From: an uncultured Acidobacteriaceae bacterium | GTDB taxonomy: Bacteria > Acidobacteriota > Terriglobia > Terriglobales > Acidobacteriaceae | Reading direction: 5' to 3' | Assembly: GCA_963848515.1 (NCBI GenBank) | Contig: CAWKEG010000021.1 | Location: 29,591 to 93,590, forward strand | Length of the DNA stretch: 64,000 nt | Shown here: piece by piece, positions 56,431 through 64,000 of the stretch | Layout: every line of letters starts with the position of its first letter | How positions within the stretch are numbered: position 1 is the first letter of the stretch | Program-made: the position numbers and the translations under genes | Notes under the pieces: generated by a model | Seen by the model: the letters and a program-made list of their open reading frames with translations, nothing else | Told to the model about the DNA's origin: nothing | The model's database searches: none

Positions 56431-56874
56431 ATGGAACGGATGCTTGCTACGCCCGCGGATGCGGAGATTATTTTAAAACTTTACTCGTTGCGCACCGAAG
56501 CGGTGTTGCGGCAGGCACGCGCGTGGGTCGGCGGCGAGTTTTGGCCGACGACGGCGGATGAGCTGCTGGCCGTACTGCTGAACCCCCAGGACCCGCATAA
56601 CGCGCATCTGCGGCAGGTGCTGAGCTACTGGGAGATGGCGGCGGCGATGGTGCTGCACGGGGCTGTGTCGGCGGAGCTGTTTGTGGATTGCAACGGCGAG
56701 GGTTTTTTTCTGTTGGCCAAGTTTGCGCCGATTGTTGAGGCAGTGCGGGAGCGCTATCCGGGGTTCATGGTGAAGACTTCGGAGCTGGTGGAGCGGTTCT
56801 CAGCGGCATCGCAGCGCTACGAGACGACACTGAAGATGATGGAAGCGAGACGCCAGCGCATGTCGGCGCAGTAA
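56431..56874 (+). CDS. Conserved hypothetical protein (DUF4760-like)
   Basis: ADAEIILKLYSLRTE and VLSYWEMAA; coding-like composition. Confidence 0.65.
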   Translation: MERMLATPADAEIILKLYSLRTEAVLRQARAWVGGEFWPTTADELLAVLLNPQDPHNAHLRQVLSYWEMAAAMVLHGAVSAELFVDCNGEGFFLLAKFAPIVEAVRERYPGFMVKTSELVERFSAASQRYETTLKMMEARRQRMSAQ

Positions 56875-56993
56875 AAACGAGCAGCGGAATTTTCGATTGA
56901 AGGAACACTGGATTTCTCGCCGCTTGTGAAAAGTGGTGCGGGAGGAGCATGATTGTGGTTGTTCGTGACTTCTCAACTCCCCGGAGGTTCTTT

Positions 56994-57314
56994 GTGAAGC
57001 GTCTATCGTTTGTAGTGGCAGTATTTGCGCTGACCGCGTCGGCGGCCATGGCTGCGGATTCAAGCAAGATCACCGGCTATATCTCCGACTCGATGTGCGG
57101 GGCCAAGCACATGGGCACGGGCTCGGAGTGCGTAAAGAAGTGCATCGAGGGCGGCATGAAGCCGGTTTTCGTGAGCGAGAAGGACAAGGCTGTCTGGACG
57201 ATCGACAATCCGGACTCGGTGAAAGCTTTTTACGGCGACCATGTGACGGTAACTGCGAAGGCCGACGCATCGGCAAAGAGCGTTCACATCGACAGGATCG
57301 AAGCTGCCAAGTGA
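56994..57314 (+). CDS. Small secreted Cys-containing protein
   Basis: GGAGG then GTG; signal peptide; GYISDSMCGAKH...ECVKKCIEGG. Confidence 0.75.
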   Translation: MKRLSFVVAVFALTASAAMAADSSKITGYISDSMCGAKHMGTGSECVKKCIEGGMKPVFVSEKDKAVWTIDNPDSVKAFYGDHVTVTAKADASAKSVHIDRIEAAK

Positions 57315-57473
57315 TAGGGCGGGCCGCCAGGTAAATGGAGCTGTCCAACAGGTTACGTGCGCACAATTGAATACGCGAAGGGACTCGCCACACCGCGCAA
57401 TCTCTGGTAGTGTCGTATCCGGCGGCATTTGTGTGGCCATTTTTGGCGCGTGAATGCTCCTGCGGAATTGAAA

Positions 57474-57758
57474 ATGGCGCGAGCAATCTGGAACGGCAAA
57501 TTAATTGCCGAAAGCGATAAGACGCAAACGGTGGAAGGGGCGGTTTATTTTCCTGAGTCCAGCCTCAGGCGCGAGTACTTTCGCCCAAGTTCTACAACTT
57601 CAACCGATCCGATGAAGGGGCAGGCGCGGTACATGAGCCTGCTGATCGACGGTCAGGACAATCCTGACGCGGCCTGGTTCTACCCGGACCCGAAGCCGAT
57701 AGCGCGCAAGCTCAGAGGCTATGTGGCGTTCTGGCGGGGCGTCGACATTCTGGAATAA
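57474..57758 (+). CDS. DUF427-like protein
   Basis: ARAIWNGKLIAES, VYFP, KGQARY, AAWFYPDP and VAFW. Confidence 0.85.
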   Translation: MARAIWNGKLIAESDKTQTVEGAVYFPESSLRREYFRPSSTTSTDPMKGQARYMSLLIDGQDNPDAAWFYPDPKPIARKLRGYVAFWRGVDILE

Positions 57759-57813
57759 CCAGGACAGAGACAAGGGACCGGGTGGTTGAGAGTTTGCCGG
57801 CGCGGGGGAATTC

Positions 57814-58278
57814 ATGCGGATTCGGCGAGTTCTGGCCATATTTCTGATTACAGGATTGCCGGCAGGGTGCGCGATGCATCAGCCGGCGGTTTTGTCTGCA
57901 GGAACGGCGCCGACGCTTGCCGGCGATCCGGCCCATCCTGGCAGCACGCGGGGATGGGTGGATACCAAGCTCTACTTTGGGCTGGGACCGGCGGACGATT
58001 CGAAGAAGGGAATCAGCGAGGCAGATTGGCGGGACTTTCTGGATCGGGAGGTGACGACGCGCTTTCCGTCTGGGTTGAGCGTGGTGGATGTGTACGGGCA
58101 GTGGCAGGGGAAGAATGAAAGCGCACCGGAGCGGCTGCGGACGAAGATGCTGATCATCGACTATCCGGATACGGAGGAAAACCGGAAGAAGATTGAAGCG
58201 ATTCGCATGGCTTGGAAACAGAAGACCGGCGACCAGTCGGTGATGCAGGTGACGGAGCCGGCGGAAGTGTCGTTTTGA
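57814..58278 (+). CDS. DUF3574-like lipoprotein
   Basis: Lipobox AGC; TKLYFG, FLDREVTTRFPSG and QQSV-like tail. Confidence 0.8.
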   Translation: MRIRRVLAIFLITGLPAGCAMHQPAVLSAGTAPTLAGDPAHPGSTRGWVDTKLYFGLGPADDSKKGISEADWRDFLDREVTTRFPSGLSVVDVYGQWQGKNESAPERLRTKMLIIDYPDTEENRKKIEAIRMAWKQKTGDQSVMQVTEPAEVSF

Positions 58279-58280
58279 GA

Positions 58281-58316
58281 AACAGTGGTCAGTTGTCAGT
58301 GATCAGTGGACAGTGC
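58281..58316. repeat. Degenerate 7-bp tandem array
   Basis: cagtggt cagttgt cagtgat cagtgga cagtgcc. Confidence 0.8.
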
Positions 58317-58338
58317 CACGCAACGCGGAACACAGGCC

Positions 58339-59781
58339 TCAGTAGGCCTGGAGCTGGTCGAGGGGCAGGCGGACGCGGAAGCAGGTGGACCCTGGCTCGG
58401 AGCGGACACTGATGAAGCCGCGATGCTTGCGGACGATGCGCATGGCGTTGTCGAGTCCTAGCCCGAGGCCCTGGCCGGGAGCTTTGGTGGTGAAGAAGGG
58501 TTCGAAGATGCGTTCCTGCAATTCCGCGGGAATGCCAGGTCCGGTATCCCAGATCTCAACCAGCATCATTTCGCCTTCAAGGCGGCAGGCGAGACGCAGG
58601 AGACCTTCGTTGCCGAGTGCGTCGAGGGCGTTTTCAAGCAGTGCGGTCCAGACCTGGTTGAGCTCGCCTCCATAGGCGTTGATGGTGGGCAGGCCGGGCT
58701 CGTAATCGCGCTCGATTCGGATGTTGGTCATGCGTGACTGGAGCATCTGGACGGTGGCGTCGAGGCCGGCAGGAACGTCGACTTCGAGAATTGGTGCGCG
58801 GTCCATGCCGGAGTAGGTCTTAACGGCATCGATGAGGTCAAAGATGCGTGCGGTGGAGTGGGCCAGAGTCTGGACGGAGCGCGTGGCGCGGAGATAGCGG
58901 GCAAAGAACTGCAGGGAGATGCAGGTTTCGTTGCCGTTGAGCAAAGTGCGCAACTGGTCAAGATCGGCGACGCAAACACCCTGCTCTGCCAACTGGGGCG
59001 CGACTTCCCATGGATCGGGACAGCCCAGCTTCTCAAGCCACTGGCGGAGTGCCTCTTCGCGGGCGATGAAGGCCAGGGCACCGGGCTCCTGAGACGGACC
59101 TGGGAGGCTGCGCCGGAGGATGTTTTCTTCCCAGGCCTGCACGCCGCGAATCTGCACTTCAGTGAGGCAGAGGTTGACGAGTTTGAAGCGGTCTTCGCGG
59201 TTGGCTGTGAGAGCGTTGGCGAGGCTGGAGGCGGCGCTTTGGGCGGCGGAGGCGGGGTTGTTGAGTTCGTGGGCCAAGTTGCCGGCGAGTTTGCCGAGCG
59301 CGGTGAGTTTTTCAGCCTGCTGCTCGATGCGGGTGACTTCGCGGACGCGGTCGAGCAGCGTGGCGACAACGCGCTGGGCCATTGAAGGGATGGCCTGCAG
59401 CATCTGAGGGAAGATGGTCTTGGGAATGATGAGCGCCCAGACTGGAGAGATAGCGAAGCCTTGTCCGCCGTAGGTCTTCATGCGCGAGAAGGGGAGTACG
59501 CCGGTCATTTGCCCAGCGCGGCCGATGAACAAGGCCATGGGACCACCATGCTGGCGGCGAACGTGGATTTCGCCTTTGAGGATAAGAATCATGTTTTGAG
59601 CCGAGGCGCCTTCTTCAAAGAGGACATCGCCGGCGTTGGCGATGAACTCCTCGCCATGGCGCGCGAGCCAGAGGCGGTCCTCAAGAGGAAGGCCATTGAG
59701 CGGGCCAATGCGTTGAAGAGCCTCGGCGATTTTTTCTGCCGGGGTGGGCGTAACGGGAGCGGAAACGGTAGGGGAAAGCAT
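58339..59781 (-). CDS. cNMP-binding-domain sensor histidine kinase
   Basis: N-terminal cNMP-like domain (LFEEG); LAHELNNP; NQVWTALLENA, DTGPGI, FFTTK and GLGLGL. Confidence 0.9.
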   Translation of the reverse strand: MLSPTVSAPVTPTPAEKIAEALQRIGPLNGLPLEDRLWLARHGEEFIANAGDVLFEEGASAQNMILILKGEIHVRRQHGGPMALFIGRAGQMTGVLPFSRMKTYGGQGFAISPVWALIIPKTIFPQMLQAIPSMAQRVVATLLDRVREVTRIEQQAEKLTALGKLAGNLAHELNNPASAAQSAASSLANALTANREDRFKLVNLCLTEVQIRGVQAWEENILRRSLPGPSQEPGALAFIAREEALRQWLEKLGCPDPWEVAPQLAEQGVCVADLDQLRTLLNGNETCISLQFFARYLRATRSVQTLAHSTARIFDLIDAVKTYSGMDRAPILEVDVPAGLDATVQMLQSRMTNIRIERDYEPGLPTINAYGGELNQVWTALLENALDALGNEGLLRLACRLEGEMMLVEIWDTGPGIPAELQERIFEPFFTTKAPGQGLGLGLDNAMRIVRKHRGFISVRSEPGSTCFRVRLPLDQLQAY

Positions 59782-59927
59782 CCGGTGACCTCCGGGCGTT
59801 CTCTCTAAGAATACCCGATTATGGTTGAGTCTAGAGTTTGGCTTGATCCCGGCGGTTTCCTGACCGATGGTTATTTTCTGATAGCCTGTTGAGGCTTGGG
59901 ACGACATTTGGAGTGGAGGTTTTTGGA

Positions 59928-60527
59928 ATGCGTGTTTGGGGTTTGGTTGCATGTTGTGTGATGGGCATGGCGTCTTTGACGGCGTCGGCGCAGATGGGCG
60001 CAGATGGGGCAAAGGGGCCAGCGGCGGGAACGATTGTTTCACCGGCGCAGGCGATGGACTCGGAGTTGAGCCTGATTGAAGGCGAAATGATGGGCGCTGT
60101 GAAGGCGATGCCGGCGGAGAAGTTCGGGTTTGCGCCGAGCGCGGCGATTTTTGTGCCGGGGCAGAAGGCTGAGTTTGCAACGGTGAGGAGCTTTGCGCAG
60201 CAGGCGGCTCACGTGGCGGAGGCGAACTACTACTTCTTTTCGACGGTTGGCGGACTGAAGCCGGATGTGAACACGAGCGCGGTGGAAAAGCTGACGAACA
60301 AGGACGAGGTTGTGGCGGCACTGGCCGCTTCTTTCGCCTTCGGTCACAAGGCAATTGCGACATTGACGGCGGCCAATGCATTCGAAGTGCTGAACGCGCC
60401 GGAGCCTGGAATCCAGACGCGGGTCACGCTTGCGGGCTTCGCCATTTCTCACGCCAACGACCACTATGGGCAGATGGTGGAGTACCTGCGCATGAATGGG
60501 ATTGTGCCTCCGGCGAGTGCGAGGTAG
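59928..60527 (+). CDS. DinB-family exported protein
   Basis: Signal peptide; AMPAEKFGF, HVAEAN and HANDHYGQMVEYLRMNGIVPPAS. Confidence 0.85.
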   Translation: MRVWGLVACCVMGMASLTASAQMGADGAKGPAAGTIVSPAQAMDSELSLIEGEMMGAVKAMPAEKFGFAPSAAIFVPGQKAEFATVRSFAQQAAHVAEANYYFFSTVGGLKPDVNTSAVEKLTNKDEVVAALAASFAFGHKAIATLTAANAFEVLNAPEPGIQTRVTLAGFAISHANDHYGQMVEYLRMNGIVPPASAR

Positions 60528-60606
60528 GGGGCGCGCCCGGAGACTCCGCGGTCTGAGAAAAGCGAGACCTCGGCGCCGGCTTGCGGCAGAGGTAGCATAT
60601 TCTGCG

Positions 60607-61893
60607 TCAGTTTTGGGCTTGAACGCAGACGCCTGATCTGATCTTGAGTGCGTCTTCGATGATATCGGCGGCGAGGCCGAGGCCGTCGGATTGCTGGATG
60701 GATGCCTGGAGTTTTTTGGCGGCGCTGCGGTAGGAATCATTTTCAAAGACAGTGCTCACGGCGGCGTGCAAGCGCCTGGCATTGAGCTTTTGGCGTGGGA
60801 CGACAACGCCTGCTCCCCGCGCGGCGACACGGGCTGCGACACCGGGCTGGTCGTTGCCAATGGGAATGCAAACGAGAGGGATGCCCTCGGCGAGGGACTC
60901 GAGCGCGGTGTTGATGCCGGCATGGGTGATGACGATTGCCGAGCGCTTGATGAGTTCCAACTGCGGCGCGTATTTGACGACGATAGGATCGCCGTCGAGG
61001 ACGCCTAGCCGTTCCTGATCGAGGCCCGCGCCGAGCGAGATGACGAGTTGCACGGGAAGACTTGCGCAGGCGGCAGCGATGGTGCGGAAGATCTCTTCGG
61101 AACCATTTTGCAGAGTGCCGAGAGAGGCGTAGACGAGCGGACGGCCGTCGAGACATTCCCATGGGAATTCGATGTGTGGACGCTGCTGAGGATTGACGAA
61201 AGGGCCGGTGTAGTGGAGGAGAGGATGACGGTCGCTCATGGGGATGTCAAACTCGAGCGCGGCGGGCATCTGGGCGACCTGGGCCAATGTTGATAGCGCC
61301 TGAGACCATTCGGTGTGCGGTTTCAGTCCCCAGGCCTTGCGTTGCTGGTTGACGAGGGCGAGGATTGGCGATGCCACTCGTGCGAGAAAGCGAATGGTGA
61401 TTTCATTGCGCAGGCGGATTGGGATGGAGTTGCCGGCGGACCAGGGAAACAAATAGGGCGGAATGCGGTTGTCCCAGACCATGGGCGGAATGATGGCGAT
61501 GGAGACCCAGGGCAGGCCAAGGCAGTCAGCGACGTTGCCGCCGAAGTCGGCTTCGTCGATGAGGAAGGCTTCAATCTCCGCGCGGCGAGCGGCTTGGGGG
61601 CCGTCGCGGAACACCATGCGGGCGGTGTCGGCAATGCGTTCGAGCGTGAAGCGAAAGCTTGGCAGGCCGTGGAGCTGGCTCAGTTTAAAGTCGAGTTTCT
61701 CGAGCGTTCCAGACGGGAAGTCGCTCTGGCCGATGAGGGAGAACTCGATGCCGGCGGCTTTGACGCGTTGCTCGACGTCGGCGATACCGAACAAGACAAC
61801 GGAATGGCCGCGCTGCTGGAGGCGGCGTGCCAGGGCGGTCATGGGGTTAAGGTGTCCGGTGCCGGGGAAACAGAATGCGCCGATCCTTGCCAA
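60607..61893 (-). CDS. UDP-glycosyltransferase (GT1, MGT family)
   Basis: GHLNP, ASLGT, PQLELI, ITHAGINT...E and DQPGVA. Confidence 0.9.
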   Translation of the reverse strand: MARIGAFCFPGTGHLNPMTALARRLQQRGHSVVLFGIADVEQRVKAAGIEFSLIGQSDFPSGTLEKLDFKLSQLHGLPSFRFTLERIADTARMVFRDGPQAARRAEIEAFLIDEADFGGNVADCLGLPWVSIAIIPPMVWDNRIPPYLFPWSAGNSIPIRLRNEITIRFLARVASPILALVNQQRKAWGLKPHTEWSQALSTLAQVAQMPAALEFDIPMSDRHPLLHYTGPFVNPQQRPHIEFPWECLDGRPLVYASLGTLQNGSEEIFRTIAAACASLPVQLVISLGAGLDQERLGVLDGDPIVVKYAPQLELIKRSAIVITHAGINTALESLAEGIPLVCIPIGNDQPGVAARVAARGAGVVVPRQKLNARRLHAAVSTVFENDSYRSAAKKLQASIQQSDGLGLAADIIEDALKIRSGVCVQAQN

Positions 61894-62137
61894 GCTTTTC
61901 TCCGAGTACAGATGGATAAGACGGACTCGCGGTGCGTGCGCGGGCTTGATTGGATTCTCTCAGACCGGGGTGACGGGTAGGTGAAAGAGGGCGGCACCGG
62001 GGTGAGGTTAGGCGTCGCAGGCGCATACGCGGGGCAGGGGCAGGGGCGATACGGCGGCGTTGGGGGGGGCAAAAAAAATTCTGGACTTTTTGAGGAAGTT
62101 CCTGCGGTGCAACAGGATACGCGGTGGTCGCTGTTCT

Positions 62138-62310
62138 TAAGTCGTCTTTAAATTGAAGTTATGGGTAGAGTCCTCTCAGCAAAGGAGTTAGGGGCAGTGG
62201 ACAGTGGGCAGTGGACGGTGGTCAGTTGTCAGTGGTCGGCTTCTGGCTTCCGGTGAAGGATGCACTCTGAAGTCATTGTGCATCAAATGGGGGAAATTAT
62301 ATGCAAAGGG
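62138..62310. repeat. Composite non-coding element, copy B
   Basis: taagtcgtc-tttaaa-ttgaagtta and agagtcctc-tcagca-aaggagtta at 29-bp period; 36-bp block 62275-62310 matches 1726-1761 at 27/36. Confidence 0.65.
62192..62240. repeat. Degenerate 7-bp tandem array
   Basis: cagtgga cagtggg cagtgga cggtggt cagttgt cagtggt. Confidence 0.8.
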
Positions 62311-62404
62311 CAGACGCTGGTTAAGTGTCTCATTTTGAATGGGATGAAGAAGGGGCTGCCTCAACTTTATTTGACACCGAGTTTGTGCTGGTCAGGTTTG
62401 GTTT

Positions 62405-62480
62405 TCGGCAGAGGAATCCTACGCTGAAGACTACGCTGGCGGTGATGAGGGCGCTGGGGATCGGGCTGACAGTCAGGGTT
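62405..62480 (+). pseudogene. Remnant of an addiction-module antidote HTH protein
   Basis: RNPTLKTTLAVMRALGIGLTV resembles the C-terminus of HI1420-type antidotes; the N-terminal part is not recognisable. Confidence 0.5.
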
Positions 62481-62794
62481 CAGCGGGCGGGTTGGCGGCT
62501 GAGGGTTTCGCGGGCGAAGGTGATGCGCAGGCGGGTTCGGGTGGCTTTGGCGAAGCGCTCAAGCGTACGGGTTGAGGGGAGGACTTTGCCGCTTTCGAGG
62601 CGGGCGATCACGGCCTGAGTGGTTCCCATAGCCTTGGCGACCTGCTCCTGGGTCATGTCGGCGTCGGCACGGGCCTTGATCATTGCGGATGCGAGGGCGA
62701 ACTCTTCTTCGAGCGCGTTGTAGGCGGCAACATACTTGGGGTCCTTCTTCCACTTCTTGAAGGAGTCTTCGACGGGGATGAAATTGGTTTTCAT
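62480..62794 (-). CDS. Xre/HigA-type HTH antitoxin
   Basis: RADADMTQEQVAKAMGTTQAVIARLESG; ATGA overlap with the toxin. Confidence 0.9.
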   Translation of the reverse strand: MKTNFIPVEDSFKKWKKDPKYVAAYNALEEEFALASAMIKARADADMTQEQVAKAMGTTQAVIARLESGKVLPSTRTLERFAKATRTRLRITFARETLSRQPAR

Positions 62795-63114
62795 TGAACC
62801 TCCTTTGCCTTTTTCAGGGCCTCAACGATTTCTTTTCTTGGCGTCTTCTGCGTCTTTTTGGCGAAGACATGAACGACAACGATGCGCATGCCGGATGCCG
62901 TCACGTAGACGGCGCGGGCGATTCCGCTCTTGCCCTTGAGGCGCATCTCCCAGAGCGGGCCTTCAAGATGCTTCAGGTAGGGCTCGCGGACTCGTTCCAA
63001 GCCGCGTTGCTGAATTAGCTCTACGATGCGCTGAAAGCTGGCGTGGATATCGATTGGAAATGCATCAAGTGCGGCCTTGGTTTCTTCGTCGAGAAATCCG
63101 ACTTTCCATGGCAT
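62791..63114 (-). CDS. RelE/HigB-like toxin (gp49/DUF891 type)
   Basis: KHLEGPLWEMR, ARAVY and HVFAKKTQKTPRKEI; toxin-first order. Confidence 0.9.
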   Translation of the reverse strand: MPWKVGFLDEETKAALDAFPIDIHASFQRIVELIQQRGLERVREPYLKHLEGPLWEMRLKGKSGIARAVYVTASGMRIVVVHVFAKKTQKTPRKEIVEALKKAKEVQ

Positions 63115-63120
63115 GAAGTT

Positions 63121-63147
63121 AGTATACCATTTTTGCAATATTTTGCA
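63121..63147 (-). promoter_or_regulatory. Extended -10 promoter and operator of the toxin gene
   Basis: Minus strand TGG-TATACT ends 6 nt before the ATG; near-palindrome tgcaatattttgca at 63134-63147. Confidence 0.6.
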
Positions 63148-63376
63148 TGGACGAGTCCTAGGTCTCAGGAGCGGGACTTGGGGCACCCGGCACCCGGCCT
63201 AATACAATTGACTTAGGGCACGAGGTGATGAGAATGGCGTCCCATTTGAATATTTTCGTTGGCTCTGGAAGGTTTAGTTGTCAATAACTTCTCTGAGACC
63301 TTAGGTTTCAAAAGGGAGACCTAGAGTGCCGGACAGTGGTATGCTCGGTATCGTATAGTCTTGATGCAAACCAACA

Positions 63377-64000
63377 ATGACAAACATGCGAATTCAGTTG
63401 CTTGAGATTCCCAGCGAGGAGCAAGGCACACTGGCGAGCTTAGTGACGCTTTCCAGTGAAGCTTTGGTGGAACTGGGGTCGGCGCTTAGCGCTGTGAAGC
63501 CGACTCTCGATAAGGAAGTCTTGATCTCGCAGTTGCGAGAGAACCCGAGCCTTGCACGCGTTTTGGACTTGGATAGGATCGTAGCATCGCTTATCAATAT
63601 TGCCGGCACGGCCTATACGGCGGGCGTTGATACTGACGATGTGATAGATGCCGCGATCCAGACAATCAAGAGCGACGATGTTGTTGAACTTTCCGAAGAA
63701 GAGGCTGAAACTCTTAGGCTGCGATTGTCAAATCTCGAGAAGCTGCCCGCAATTGAGCTGATCGCGAAAGCGAGTGAGCTCTTAAAGGCAAACGAACGCA
63801 CCTTTCATTCGGCAAGGATCGTGAGCGATTTGCGCCCAATATGCTTAGGGGAGGACACGAGAATTGCGGGAGCGGTTATTGTCCACCAACTCGCCGTTCG
63901 CTCGTCTCGCAATGGTCGACGTGAGGTCATTTATGTTGCACTTGACTCATCAGATCTCACGGACCTAAATGAGGTTATTTTGCGAGCTATGAAAAAAGAC
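63377..64000 (+). CDS. Hypothetical protein, runs off the window (possibly COMM-domain-like)
   Basis: Stop-free frame MTNMRIQLLEIPSEEQG...ERTFHSARIVSDLRPI...VALDSSDLTDLNEVILRAMKKD; visibly lower GC. Confidence 0.7.
   Translation, partial: MTNMRIQLLEIPSEEQGTLASLVTLSSEALVELGSALSAVKPTLDKEVLISQLRENPSLARVLDLDRIVASLINIAGTAYTAGVDTDDVIDAAIQTIKSDDVVELSEEEAETLRLRLSNLEKLPAIELIAKASELLKANERTFHSARIVSDLRPICLGEDTRIAGAVIVHQLAVRSSRNGRREVIYVALDSSDLTDLNEVILRAMKKD

Overview
A GC-rich bacterial chromosomal window, most likely Acidobacteriota subdivision 1 (inferred from an ADOP-type duplicated ABC permease, futalosine-pathway mqnA and several lineage-typical hypotheticals and REP-like repeats). The dominant feature is a ~14.7 kb cellulose synthase locus next to tRNA-Lys. 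It encodes a BcsR-like/Ala-rich rod/BcsQ fusion, a BcsA-BcsB fusion, GH8 BcsZ and a 2,180-aa BcsC with an internally duplicated TPR module. An internal terminator separates bcsAB from bcsZC. Housekeeping genes include riboflavin synthase, yvcK, ychF, ccmF/ccmH, uvrB, mqnA, dprA and topA. Accessory genes include two toxin-antitoxin pairs plus a remnant, a Fic protein, a split KdpD-like sensor whose partner kinase lacks the phospho-acceptor His, an Asp-less receiver and a partial possibly COMM-like ORF. Non-coding structure is rich: three REP-like families (one nested in another), degenerate 7-bp tandem arrays next to gene ends, a 33-bp triple repeat, and two homologous composite elements 60 kb apart that each lie next to a TA locus. 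Four genes carry apparent +1 single-base frameshifts, which may be assembly errors. No CRISPR array, intact transposase or integrase was seen. All family assignments come from motifs recognised by eye; no database search was run.
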